DNA of 64,000 nt, taken from Nostoc sp. DedSLP01 (lineage in GTDB: Bacteria > Cyanobacteriota > Cyanobacteriia > Cyanobacteriales > Nostocaceae). Every line of letters begins with the position of its first letter. Position 1 is the first letter of the stretch. Under the pieces are notes generated by a model. That model was not told the origin of the DNA, did not search any database, and saw only the letters and a list, made by a program, of their open reading frames with translations. This document shows, piece by piece, positions 20,869 to 30,788 of the stretch. The stretch covers positions 64,001 to 128,000 of the forward strand of contig JAVRCJ020000008.1 in assembly GCA_034530875.2 (NCBI GenBank), in the 5' to 3' direction. Position numbers and translations under genes: made by a program.

Positions 20869-21531
20869 ATGATGGAATTGTCCACTTCCAGAGACAATCC
20901 CATGTTACAAACAATCACCAAGTCCAACACATTACTTCTAGCAGCTTTGATTTTCCTATCAGCAGTAACATTCAATAGTCCCAAAGTTGAGGCAATAAAC
21001 AGCCAAAATCTAAATCTAACCCAATTACCGACATCAAGTGAGATCTGTGCTACGTGCAGCAGCGAAGGTATCGCACCAGCGCCAGAATGGAAAAAATTCT
21101 CTCCAGATGACGGTCAATTCTCTATTCTCATGCCAGGTGAAGACATTTCAGACATCACACCAGATAAAAGTGAAATGGATGATGGTGTTGAGTCTACAAA
21201 AATGTATCTGAGTACTAATGAAACAAATGTGTTTATGGTTAGCTATGCTGACTTTAAGAATGATGTGACTCAGATTTCCTCAACTGAGTTATTGGATTCT
21301 GCTTTACAAGGGATGTTAAAGGATGGGAAAAAATTACTAAGTCAGCAAAATATTAATCTAGGTGCATATCCCGGCATAGAAATGAACTTGTGGGATGAAA
21401 AAGAAGGAATTTTTCTCACAGGTAGAATTTTGATTGCTAATCAACGGTTGTATATGCTCTTCGTAGGAAGCGATAAAAATCCTCAAGCCCGTGATGTTAG
21501 AAAGTTTTTTGACTCCTTCGAGTTGATATAG
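20869..21531 (+). CDS. secreted hypothetical protein (start possibly 20902)
   Basis: Signal-like N-terminus; W..F...G.FSILMPG and YPG.E...RLY...KFFDSF pattern. Confidence 0.75.
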   Translation: MMELSTSRDNPMLQTITKSNTLLLAALIFLSAVTFNSPKVEAINSQNLNLTQLPTSSEICATCSSEGIAPAPEWKKFSPDDGQFSILMPGEDISDITPDKSEMDDGVESTKMYLSTNETNVFMVSYADFKNDVTQISSTELLDSALQGMLKDGKKLLSQQNINLGAYPGIEMNLWDEKEGIFLTGRILIANQRLYMLFVGSDKNPQARDVRKFFDSFELI

Positions 21532-21546
21532 TAATCATTAAATTAC

Positions 21547-21652
21547 TATAACAATCCTAAATCATTCGTGAAAAATTAGATCCCCGACTTCTTTGAGAAT
21601 TCGGGGATCTAGACACCACAAATTTTCATAATTCATCTAGGATTGCTATATA
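21547..21652. repeat. MITE-like repeat with a GATCCCCGACTTC..GAA.TCGGGGATC core
   Basis: Ends TATAACAATCCTAAAT / ATCTAGGATTGCTATA; core hairpin also near 4813, 48665 and 49560. Confidence 0.75.
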
Positions 21653-21929
21653 TAACTCTGTCTATTGTGATTATTGATACAATAATTATAGAAAAGATTA
21701 TTTCCAAAAATTCTGCCAAATTGCCAAATAAATTACCTCTTATCTGATTTTTGTTTTATTTTCCGGTAATATAGGATTGTGACAGTTACACAAAAAATCT
21801 TAGCTTTAGTATCTACTTAAAATTAGGTTTAACAGCTTTAGTAATAGTAACTGTTACTTAAATAAAAGTTTAAATTTTCTAAATCAACACGTCTGCAAAT
21901 AGCAGGTATTATTAAGGAATTTCTCTATT

Positions 21930-22127
21930 ATGATTGCTACGCTGATTGTAGCTTGGATTGTGTTCGTAGTAGTGTGGAAGCTATTGAAAGCCACCATAAC
22001 TAATGCATTGACTCTCGCCGCAATTCTTATTTTATTAAATATCGGTTTTGGCATTACTCCGCAAGATATTTGGCATCATCTAACGCAGTTTGCTCAAACT
22101 ATTTCCCAAATCCAAAGCGGCAAATAA
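21930..22127 (+). CDS. small two-TM membrane protein
   Basis: 65-aa hydrophobic ORF ending GITPQDIW; AAGGA RBS. Confidence 0.75.
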   Translation: MIATLIVAWIVFVVVWKLLKATITNALTLAAILILLNIGFGITPQDIWHHLTQFAQTISQIQSGK

Positions 22128-22229
22128 AAAATAAATTCTGAATGCAAAATTCAGAATTTATTACCTATTTAATTCCGAATTACGTTAGCGCAGCGGAGCA
22201 TAGCCCATTACGAATTAGTAATTATTTGG

Positions 22230-22730
22230 TCAATTATTATTCAATCCTGAAACTTTAGCCAAAGCATCCTTAACACTTGGCGGTAATTGACGCATAATCT
22301 TGCCTCTTTCGCGATCTAAAGCTACTAAAGTTACCTTGGCAGTAACGTATAATTCTTGTCCGTCACTTGAGACAATGGCATAATCCCAATTAATTCGGAC
22401 GCCAGTAACCTCAGCCATACGGGTTTTGACTATTGCTGCCACACCTAATTGAATTGAACGGTGATAGCGCACGGACAATTCTACAACTGGTAAATCGCAA
22501 CCTAAAGCTACTAAATCAGCAAATTCAATACCGATAGACCGCAAGCATTCTACCCGCGCTTCTTCCATCCAAGTAAGATATGAACCGTGCCAGGCAATAC
22601 CTGCATAGTCAGTGTGGTGGGGTTGCACTCTTACAGGATATTCAAACCAGTTTTCAAATTCACGATTTAATGTATTGCTAAGGGCACTGGTTGGTGGTAA
22701 TTGTGGCTGATTTGGTGTTTGTTCTGACAT
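22230..22730 (-). CDS. acyl-CoA thioesterase (4HBT/YbgC hot-dog family)
   Basis: HTDYAGIAWHGSYLTWMEEAR. Confidence 0.9.
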   Translation of the reverse strand: MSEQTPNQPQLPPTSALSNTLNREFENWFEYPVRVQPHHTDYAGIAWHGSYLTWMEEARVECLRSIGIEFADLVALGCDLPVVELSVRYHRSIQLGVAAIVKTRMAEVTGVRINWDYAIVSSDGQELYVTAKVTLVALDRERGKIMRQLPPSVKDALAKVSGLNNN

Positions 22731-22762
22731 TTTAAAGTTTCTGGGCATTTATTTTGAGAACT

Positions 22763-22890
22763 TATACCAATTCAATTAACGACTGCAACACATCCTTGTC
22801 TGAAGACACGATGAATCGCTGGTTCAAGACGCGATGAATCGCGTCTCTACGGATGGTGTATTTGTCGCATTCTTTTTTAAAATTGGTATT
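22763..22890. repeat. MITE-like shell containing a REP-like AGACGCGATGAATCGCGTCT hairpin
   Basis: Ends ATACCAATT / AATTGGTAT; partially duplicated internal palindrome. Confidence 0.7.
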
Positions 22891-23060
22891 ACTTATAAAG
22901 TATCCAAATATGAGAGTAGTATCTTTGATTATCTTGTCTGCCTATGTTTTTTAAGTCTAAAAAATAATTTAGCACTCACCTCTAAATCAATAAAAATTAA
23001 TTGCGTTGCATGACTTCTTGATTTAAAATTTACACTTCCGAGTATAGGGAGTGTTTTATT

Positions 23061-25130
23061 ATGCGGCCTAATCTCCGGTATGTTAGTGTTGTGACTTTGA
23101 CTCTACTTAGTGTACTAGGTTTTGGGATAGCATACCCAGAAAATAACCGACCAAGTACAAATATAAAATTACAATTGCATTTTGGAGAAAAAGCTCAAGC
23201 TTTACCCCAGAATAATCAAGCTTCAGAAATAGAAAGGCTCAACCAAGAAGCTATCAAACAATCTCAACAAGGTCAATCTCAAGAAGCATTGCAAAAATTA
23301 CAACAAGCTTTAGCCATCAGTAGAGAATTTGGAGAACGTTCTTGGGAAGCTGTAACATTCAACAACATCGGCAGAGTCTACCAAAGTCAAAGAAAGTATC
23401 GCGAAGCACTCGAATCTTATCAGCAAGCCATAGTAATTAATAAAGAACTTGGGGATTTAGTCCGACTTGGCAAAACCTATAGTAATGTAGGTTACTTATT
23501 CGATATCCAAAAAAAACCAGAGTTAGCAATTATTTTCTACAAAGGTTGCGTCATTAACCGTGAAAAAGCTCGTTTGAATCCATCAACCCTGGCTGCACCA
23601 CAACCAGATGCTTACAGCATTACTGTAAGTCAGACATATCGAATTTTGGGTGAAAAATTACTCAAGCAAAAACGTATTGCCGAAGCTCAACGAACAATGG
23701 ATTTACTCAAAGTTGAAGAACTACAGGAGTATCTCCAAAATGTGCCAGGCAATCAACGCACTGCTAAAGGCATTGATATAGTGCCAGAAGAAAAACCAAT
23801 TAAACAAAAGTTAGATTTAACTCTAGATAATGCTGTTGCCCTCGGTAAAGAATTAACAAAACTGAGAAAAGTTCCTCCCCAAGAGCGATCGCCACAACAA
23901 AAACAACGTATCCAACAGTTAGTATTAAATCAGCAGCAACTATTAGATGAATTTAACAAATTCCTCGATAGTTCTGAGGTAAAAGCACAAATAGAACAAA
24001 TTAGCCGTACAGCTAGGCGGCAAAATGTAGATTTGGAAAGCCTCAATCAAATTCGGGATAATTTAGCGCGATTACCTCAAAAATCGGCACTAATCTATCC
24101 ACTGATTTTAAAAAATAGCTTGGAATTGGTATTAGTAACTCCCGATTCTCCACCAATTCATCGCACTGTAGCTGTGAAAAGTGAAAAAATTTATCAAACA
24201 ATTGGGGACTTCCGCAAAGCTTTAACAAATCCCAGTCAAAATATCAAAGCACCTGCACGCCAATTATATAGCTGGCTAATTAAACCAATAGAAAAGGAAT
24301 TGCAACTCTCTGGTACGCAAACTATAATTTACGCTCCAGATGACCAATTACGTTACATTCCTTTAAGCGCTTTATATGATGGCAAACAATGGCTAGTGCA
24401 GCGCTTTAGTGTCAACCATATTACATCTGCTAGCTTGACTAACTTAAACACTCCAAAGCAATCTAACTTGCGAGTTTTAGCTGGTGCTTTTACTAAAGGT
24501 AATTATCAAATCAAAGTTGGAAATCGACAGATTGCTTTCGCTGGTTTGCCTTTTGCAACGCGAGAAGTAGAAAGTTTAGCTGCGGCGGTTCCGGAGACTA
24601 CGAAGCTTTTAGACGATGCCTTTAGCCCCAGTGTCACTGTACCCCAAATGGATGATTATACGATTGTCCATTTTGCGACTCATGCAGCCTTTGTGGTGGG
24701 TAAACCAGAAGATTCGTTTATTTTATTCGGCAATGGCGATCGCGTTAACTTTAGAAATATTGCTACTTGGTCGCTTCCCAATGTAGATTTAGTAGTTTTG
24801 AGCGCCTGCGAAACCGGCTTGGGAGGCAAATTAGGTAACGGTGAGGAAATTTTGGGCTTCGGTTATCAAATGCAGCAAACCGGTGCTAGAGCCGCCATTG
24901 CGTCGTTATGGTCTGTAGATGATGGCGGTACGCAAGCACTGATGAGCGCTTTTTATCATATTCTCTCGTCTAACCAGTTAACTAAAGCCGAAACCCTACG
25001 ACAAGCTCAAATCTCATTACTCTCTGGAAAATCAAACGTCAAAGAAAGTAATGCACCCGCGACGCAAGTTGGTCGCTTTAGCCACCCGTACTACTGGGCA
25101 CCTTTTATTTTAATTGGCAACGGACTTTAA
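23061..25130 (+). CDS. TPR + CHAT (caspase-like) domain protein, probably exported
   Basis: VHFATHA, VLSACETG, ASLWSVDD and HPYYWAPFILIGN; N-terminal TPRs; hydrophobic leader. Confidence 0.92.
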   Translation: MRPNLRYVSVVTLTLLSVLGFGIAYPENNRPSTNIKLQLHFGEKAQALPQNNQASEIERLNQEAIKQSQQGQSQEALQKLQQALAISREFGERSWEAVTFNNIGRVYQSQRKYREALESYQQAIVINKELGDLVRLGKTYSNVGYLFDIQKKPELAIIFYKGCVINREKARLNPSTLAAPQPDAYSITVSQTYRILGEKLLKQKRIAEAQRTMDLLKVEELQEYLQNVPGNQRTAKGIDIVPEEKPIKQKLDLTLDNAVALGKELTKLRKVPPQERSPQQKQRIQQLVLNQQQLLDEFNKFLDSSEVKAQIEQISRTARRQNVDLESLNQIRDNLARLPQKSALIYPLILKNSLELVLVTPDSPPIHRTVAVKSEKIYQTIGDFRKALTNPSQNIKAPARQLYSWLIKPIEKELQLSGTQTIIYAPDDQLRYIPLSALYDGKQWLVQRFSVNHITSASLTNLNTPKQSNLRVLAGAFTKGNYQIKVGNRQIAFAGLPFATREVESLAAAVPETTKLLDDAFSPSVTVPQMDDYTIVHFATHAAFVVGKPEDSFILFGNGDRVNFRNIATWSLPNVDLVVLSACETGLGGKLGNGEEILGFGYQMQQTGARAAIASLWSVDDGGTQALMSAFYHILSSNQLTKAETLRQAQISLLSGKSNVKESNAPATQVGRFSHPYYWAPFILIGNGL

Positions 25131-25282
25131 TTTTGGATTTGAGATTTTGGATTAAAAGCTTTGAATTATAGCAGGAGGCAGGAGGTAAAACTATTACTCT
25201 TCCCAGCATTCACGCTTGTCATTATGTCCTAAACCCGAATTTCTTACTCGTGAGAAATTTGGGCTTTGAGCTTCATTCTTTT

Positions 25283-25317
25283 AGTAGGGTGTGTTATGCC
25301 GTAGGCTAACGCACCGT
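25283..25317. repeat. REP-like palindrome (GTAG-initiated)
   Basis: GTAGGGTGTGTTA...TAACGCACC; relatives at about 39579 and 39775. Confidence 0.7.
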
Positions 25318-25426
25318 AATTTGTCAATCATTACCTACTCTGAGCAATAACACACCTGACAATTTAATTTTCTACCTATCTCTGTAAGTTTGGGATAATA
25401 TGGCGCTAATCTGAGAATTTAGATTT

Positions 25427-26758
25427 ATGACCCAGGATTTTGCCTTTTTAAAACGGATATACAATGTTTTCGATCCATTTCGCCCCTTACCCGCAGGAGA
25501 TCCCGCTTACGTTGATTGTACAGAAGTGCGGGGAGATGGTGACATATTAGTAGAAGTAGGTAGAGAAATTTTGTATTCAGACAGAATGACCTCTCAACTG
25601 TATGCAGGTCATCGCGGGGCTGGAAAATCTACAGAATTACTGCGTCTTCAGCAACATTTAGATGAGCAAGGTTGCTTTGTTGTTTATTTTCCCGCCGATG
25701 AACAAGATATCGATCCAGAAGATGCCCAATATACTGATATTCTTTTAGCTTGTACCCGCCACTTATTAGATGCATTAAAAGATAGCACTTCTCCAGCTAG
25801 TTTATTGAATTGGTTAAACGAACGTTGGCAAGATTTAAAAGATTTGGCATTAACTGAAGTCTCCTTACAAAGCTTAAGTATAGAAGGGCAAATTGCCCAA
25901 TTCGCCAAATTAACAGCAAATTTGCGAACAGAACCTACTCAACGCCAAAAAATTCGGGAACGTGTCAATCCGCATACAATTACTTTGATTGCAGCTTTAA
26001 ATGAGTTTATTCAAGATGCCAAAAAGCACTTACCTTCAGGATATTCTCAACTTGTACTAATTGCTGATAACTTAGACCGAATTGTACCTATACCTCAAGA
26101 AGATGGACGCAGCAATCACGACCAAATTTTTATCGACCGTAGCGAACAACTCCAAGCTTTAGATTGCCATTTGCTTTATACAGTACCCATTTCTTTGCTG
26201 TATTCTAATCGCGCCGCAGACCTAGCTAATATCTATGGTAATACTCAGGTATTGCCGATGATTATGGTGCAAACGCCTGAAAATCAACCCTATCAACGCG
26301 GTATTAATAAAGTTATAGAAATACTGCAAAAACGTCTGAGTTTGATAGACTCTAGTTTATCTGTGGTGGATATGTTTGAGCAGCGGGAAGCTTTAGAAAG
26401 ACTATGCCTCATGAGTGGAGGTCATGTGCGAAATTTATTATTATTAATGAAGGAGGCGATTAAATACACTAACAGCCTACCCATTCCTAACCGAGCCTTA
26501 CAGCGTTCAATGAGCGAATTGCGAAATACTTATCGAAATACAGTTTTTGCTAATGAATGGGAAGCACTGGCAACTGTGTATCATTCTAAAGAAATAGAAA
26601 ACGATCCATTGTATCGAGGCTTATTATTTAATCGCTGTATTTTAGAATATCGTTATCTAAATGGAGAAGGGGAAAGTCAAGTTTGGTATGATATTCATCC
26701 TCTAATTAAGGGAATTAAAGAATTTCAAGATACCTTTAATCGACTGTATCCATCATAA
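25427..26758 (+). CDS. P-loop (AAA/STAND-like) ATPase
   Basis: GHRGAGKST Walker A, LIADNLDR Walker B, SGGHVR, WYDIHPL. Confidence 0.88.
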   Translation: MTQDFAFLKRIYNVFDPFRPLPAGDPAYVDCTEVRGDGDILVEVGREILYSDRMTSQLYAGHRGAGKSTELLRLQQHLDEQGCFVVYFPADEQDIDPEDAQYTDILLACTRHLLDALKDSTSPASLLNWLNERWQDLKDLALTEVSLQSLSIEGQIAQFAKLTANLRTEPTQRQKIRERVNPHTITLIAALNEFIQDAKKHLPSGYSQLVLIADNLDRIVPIPQEDGRSNHDQIFIDRSEQLQALDCHLLYTVPISLLYSNRAADLANIYGNTQVLPMIMVQTPENQPYQRGINKVIEILQKRLSLIDSSLSVVDMFEQREALERLCLMSGGHVRNLLLLMKEAIKYTNSLPIPNRALQRSMSELRNTYRNTVFANEWEALATVYHSKEIENDPLYRGLLFNRCILEYRYLNGEGESQVWYDIHPLIKGIKEFQDTFNRLYPS

Positions 26759-26874
26759 AAATAAATCACTGTGTCATTCACAATACCTATACTAAAATGC
26801 AATATTTGAGAAGGTTGTCGCTATATGAACAAAGGCTACCTCTGTAGGCTATCAGGTATTACACAGCTAAGATT

Positions 26875-29127
26875 ATGACCCTAGAACTGACTGATTGGGA
26901 TAAGGATTTACCATCAGAAATAAATGAAGAATATCAAGCCTTAGTCCGCACACTGAATTTTACAGAAGGATTTGGTTTATTATTTGTCCGTTGCTCTCCG
27001 GCAGAGGGTGTGCATTTAATTACTAAAGTAAAAGAAAATATTACAAATAAAAATATCGAAGTTATACGGCTGGAGCAAGCTGTCACTAATTTATATGAAA
27101 TAATTGATTCTTTAGAAAATAAAGAAAAGATAAATATTTTATTTATCACAGGATTAGAGCATTCTTTTTATGAATATGAAGAATGCAAAAGATTAATGGG
27201 GTGGAATAGTAGAGATATTTATTCATATAGTTGGAAGGGTGTACCACCTGTTTTAATTAACCTCAACCAACAGCGAGAACGGTTGAAGGAGAAATTTAAT
27301 ATCTGTTTTGTGTTCTTGTTACCGATATTTGCAATTAAATATTTTATTCAACGTGCCCCAGACTTTTTTGACTGGCGTTCTGGATTGTTTGAATTTCCAA
27401 TAGATTCAGAAACTTTAGAAAAAGAATCATCACGTATTATTAAGGATGCAGATGATGAAAAATATCTCACTTTAACAAGAGAAGGAAGAACTCAAGAAAT
27501 AATAGCAATTCAAGAATTAATAGCAGAAGATAATCAAACACCCGATCGCCAATATGATTTACTGATTAACTTGGGAAAATTACAGTCTGCTGGAGAAGAA
27601 TATTACCAAGGTTATGAAGAAGCAATCGCTTCCTATATCAAAGCAGTAGAAATTAAACCTAATGAGTACCAAGCTTGGTACAACCTGGGGTATGCCTTAG
27701 GGAAAATAGGACACAATGAAGAAGCTATCGCATCCTACGACCAAGCACTACAAATTCACTCAGATGATTACTATGCTTGGAAAAGTCGGGGTATTACATT
27801 GGAAGAATTGGGTAGATATGAAGAAGCACTCATTAGCCTAGACAAAGCTTTAGAATTAGAACCTAAGGATGACTTGTCTGACCTTTATTATGTCTGGAAA
27901 TCGCGAGGCATTATACTTTTTAAACTGGATAGATACGAAGAAGCGATCGCCTCCTATGACAAGGCACTATCAATTCAACCTGATGACCACAAAGTTTGGA
28001 ACTTACGAGGGCTTGCACTCTATCAATTAGGACGCTATGAAGAAGCAATTGCCTCTTGTGATAAGGTAGTAGCGATTAAACATGACGATCATCTTGCTTG
28101 GTACTTGCGGGGTAATGCATTACAGAATTTAGGACGCAATGAAGAAGCGATTTCCTCCTTTGACAATGTACTGAAATTTAACCCAGATAAACATGAAGCT
28201 TGGAAAGACCGGGGTATTGCGCTACGTAATTTAGGAAGCTATGAAGAAGCGATCGCATCCTACGACAAAGCACTGTCAATTCGACCTGATGACTGCATAG
28301 CTTGGATCTGGCGAGGGATTACACTCTATCAATTAGGACGCAATGAAGAAGCGATTTCCTCCTTTGACAAGGCAGTAGTGATTAAACCTGACGATCATCT
28401 TGCTTGGTACTTTCAGGGTAATGCATTACGGAATTTAGGACGCAATGAAGAAGCGATTTCCTCCTTTGACAATGCACTGAAATTTAACCCAGATAATGAA
28501 GCTTGGAACGGCCGGGGTATTGCGCTACGTAATTTAGGAAGCTATGAAGAAGCGATCGCATCCCACAACAAGGCTTTGGAAATTCAACCTGATGACCATG
28601 AAGCTTGTTACAACTTGGGAATTGCGCTATTTAAATTAGGACGCGATGAAGAAGCGATCGCTTCCTATGACCAAGCACTGTCAATTCAACCTGATGACCA
28701 TATAGTTTGGAGCTTGCGAGGGCTTGCGCTCTATGAATTAGGACACAATGAAGAAGCGATCGCTTCCTATGACCAAGCCCTGTCAATTCAACCTGATAAC
28801 CACATAACTTGGTACATCCGGGGGATTGTGCTACAGAATTTAGGACGCAATGAACAAGCGATCGCCAGCTATGACAAAGCCTTGGAATTTAAACCAGATG
28901 ACCACCTAGCTTGGAACAACCGGGGGAATGCGCTATTTAATTTAGGACGCAATGAACAAGCGATCGCATCCTATGACCAAGCACTAAAAATTAAACCTGA
29001 TGACTACGAGGTTTGGAATCACCGGGGCAATGCACTACGAGATTTAGGACGCAATGAAGAAGCACTCGCATCCTATGACCAAGCACTAAAAATTAAATCT
29101 GATTTCACTCGTGACAGGTTAGAGTGA
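26875..29127 (+). CDS. TPR-repeat protein with a conserved N-terminal domain (LNQQRE...APDFFDWRSG)
   Basis: About 14-15 34-aa TPR units (EEAIASYDKAL...W..RG). Confidence 0.92.
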   Translation: MTLELTDWDKDLPSEINEEYQALVRTLNFTEGFGLLFVRCSPAEGVHLITKVKENITNKNIEVIRLEQAVTNLYEIIDSLENKEKINILFITGLEHSFYEYEECKRLMGWNSRDIYSYSWKGVPPVLINLNQQRERLKEKFNICFVFLLPIFAIKYFIQRAPDFFDWRSGLFEFPIDSETLEKESSRIIKDADDEKYLTLTREGRTQEIIAIQELIAEDNQTPDRQYDLLINLGKLQSAGEEYYQGYEEAIASYIKAVEIKPNEYQAWYNLGYALGKIGHNEEAIASYDQALQIHSDDYYAWKSRGITLEELGRYEEALISLDKALELEPKDDLSDLYYVWKSRGIILFKLDRYEEAIASYDKALSIQPDDHKVWNLRGLALYQLGRYEEAIASCDKVVAIKHDDHLAWYLRGNALQNLGRNEEAISSFDNVLKFNPDKHEAWKDRGIALRNLGSYEEAIASYDKALSIRPDDCIAWIWRGITLYQLGRNEEAISSFDKAVVIKPDDHLAWYFQGNALRNLGRNEEAISSFDNALKFNPDNEAWNGRGIALRNLGSYEEAIASHNKALEIQPDDHEACYNLGIALFKLGRDEEAIASYDQALSIQPDDHIVWSLRGLALYELGHNEEAIASYDQALSIQPDNHITWYIRGIVLQNLGRNEQAIASYDKALEFKPDDHLAWNNRGNALFNLGRNEQAIASYDQALKIKPDDYEVWNHRGNALRDLGRNEEALASYDQALKIKSDFTRDRLE

Positions 29128-29528
29128 TTGCACATTTGTCAAGAGAGTGCAGGAAAAGGCGATAAATCCAGCTTTGAGACTGGCTTTTGGAGATATTTAA
29201 CCAAGCCTAGTCTTGATTCTCTGGAGCAGCAAAGTATTGACTCAGGTCAAATCAGCTAGGAAACGCGCACGCTGCTAGAGAAAATATGTTGCAGAATTCA
29301 GTACCCATATACACCACTTCTGACTATGGTGCGTTTTAACACCTGATAACTCAAGGCTCAAATATTTGGCTTATGAAATTTTGGTAGATACAAAAAAACA
29401 CGCGACAGGCTAATACAGTGCCGATCGCTTAATGGTAATGGAGAATCAGTAATGAGCGATCGCTAATTCGCTATTACTAATCACCAGTTACCGAGAATTT
29501 GTAATTTGCTATCAATCTTTTGCAACCC

Positions 29529-29873
29529 TTAACAGTTCTTGGCAAGAGTTTTAGAGGTTGTTTCGATTTGCATAGATTGCTTGACAAGATTAGCCAACTC
29601 CTGTAATTGGTTAATTGCCTCCGCACCCTCTAGCTTCATTAATTCGCGATCGTCTCGCATTTCCGTCCAAGTAATTCCATAATCGGACACTAAAAACCGA
29701 ATCAAATGGTTATCACCCAAGCTAACCATAAACGATGCGCTATTCATCTGGTCGCCACAGGTGTAACAGGATGCAGGATAACCCCGTCGCTCCAATACAA
29801 TCGCCAAGGCTTGCAGGTTCATTACCAAGTCTTGGACGAATTGTCGATGTTGATGTGCTAGTCTCAGAAACAC
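29529..29873 (-). CDS. DUF1815-family protein
   Basis: MFLRLAHQHRQFVQDL...ASCYTC...HLIRFLVSDYGITW. Confidence 0.85.
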   Translation of the reverse strand: MFLRLAHQHRQFVQDLVMNLQALAIVLERRGYPASCYTCGDQMNSASFMVSLGDNHLIRFLVSDYGITWTEMRDDRELMKLEGAEAINQLQELANLVKQSMQIETTSKTLAKNC

Positions 29874-30637
29874 TTTTGTCCTCCAGACACCACAGTCATT
29901 TGAGTTACTTTTATCTTTTCTTTAGATTTTCTCACCCACTGGTATTGTAAACTATTCATTACAATTCCTAGACAGGTAATATTGAGTCTTTAATTGACTA
30001 CCTTGTTTAGGGTAGAACATGAGAGTTTTGAGCGCCGTATCAAACTATTCAGTTTGGAAGTTCAAAATCTGGGACAGAATTGTTAAATATAACTTATAGC
30101 TTTATACACTCCTGTCAGGGAAGATTCCTACACGAAGCGATCGCTCCAAGAATAACTCAAATCTACCACTAGTCAACTACAGAAAACCTACAAATTCGCT
30201 TTTTATCAACTACGTGCACCTAAATTCACTACTAAAAGATAGTTAGACGTAGTTTTACGTGGTTTTAGTACCTCTTACTTACATGTTTAATCTGTTTCGT
30301 TTCTAACGTAAATTTTGGTATGCACAGATTATTATGTATACCAAATTTGTTTCTCTTAACTATATATATTTGAGCAGATGAGGGTGCAATTGGTAAACTC
30401 AGTAGTGATTGCAGAGAAAATAAAATTTTTGATACAAAAAATACTTAGTTAAGAGAAAAGCCTGAGTAAGGTATTCATAATGGCTAAACTCAACACTGAC
30501 AATATCTCAACTCAGAAAAACAATGTTGCCATTTAGGCAATATTTTTATCTAGATAACATTTCTAAATCATTCGTGAAAAAATCTGTTGCTTCTTGCGTG
30601 TTTCCGCGGCTGATTTCACAGCTCAAATAACAGTCTT

Positions 30638-30773
30638 ATATCAAGTTCGCTTAATCACTTATAAATCCTGAAACACCCCACCCGCCTTACTGCACCCTCC
30701 CCTTAGCAAGGGGAGGGTTGGGGAGGGGTAACGCGAGGACTGCAATCATAACTAATCATCCTAACTTGATATT
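30638..30773. repeat. MITE-like palindromic repeat
   Basis: Ends ATATCAAGTT / AACTTGATAT around CCCTCCCCTTAGCAAGGGGAGGG. Confidence 0.7.
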
Positions 30774-30788
30774 AGAGCCTGTTTGTCG

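Noticed and set aside
26875..29127. Diversity-generating retroelement target
   Set aside because: No reverse transcriptase or template repeat in the window, and variation is not adenine-specific
29874..30630. Long AT-rich gap as an ncRNA locus
   Set aside because: No convincing structure or recognisable RNA family by eye
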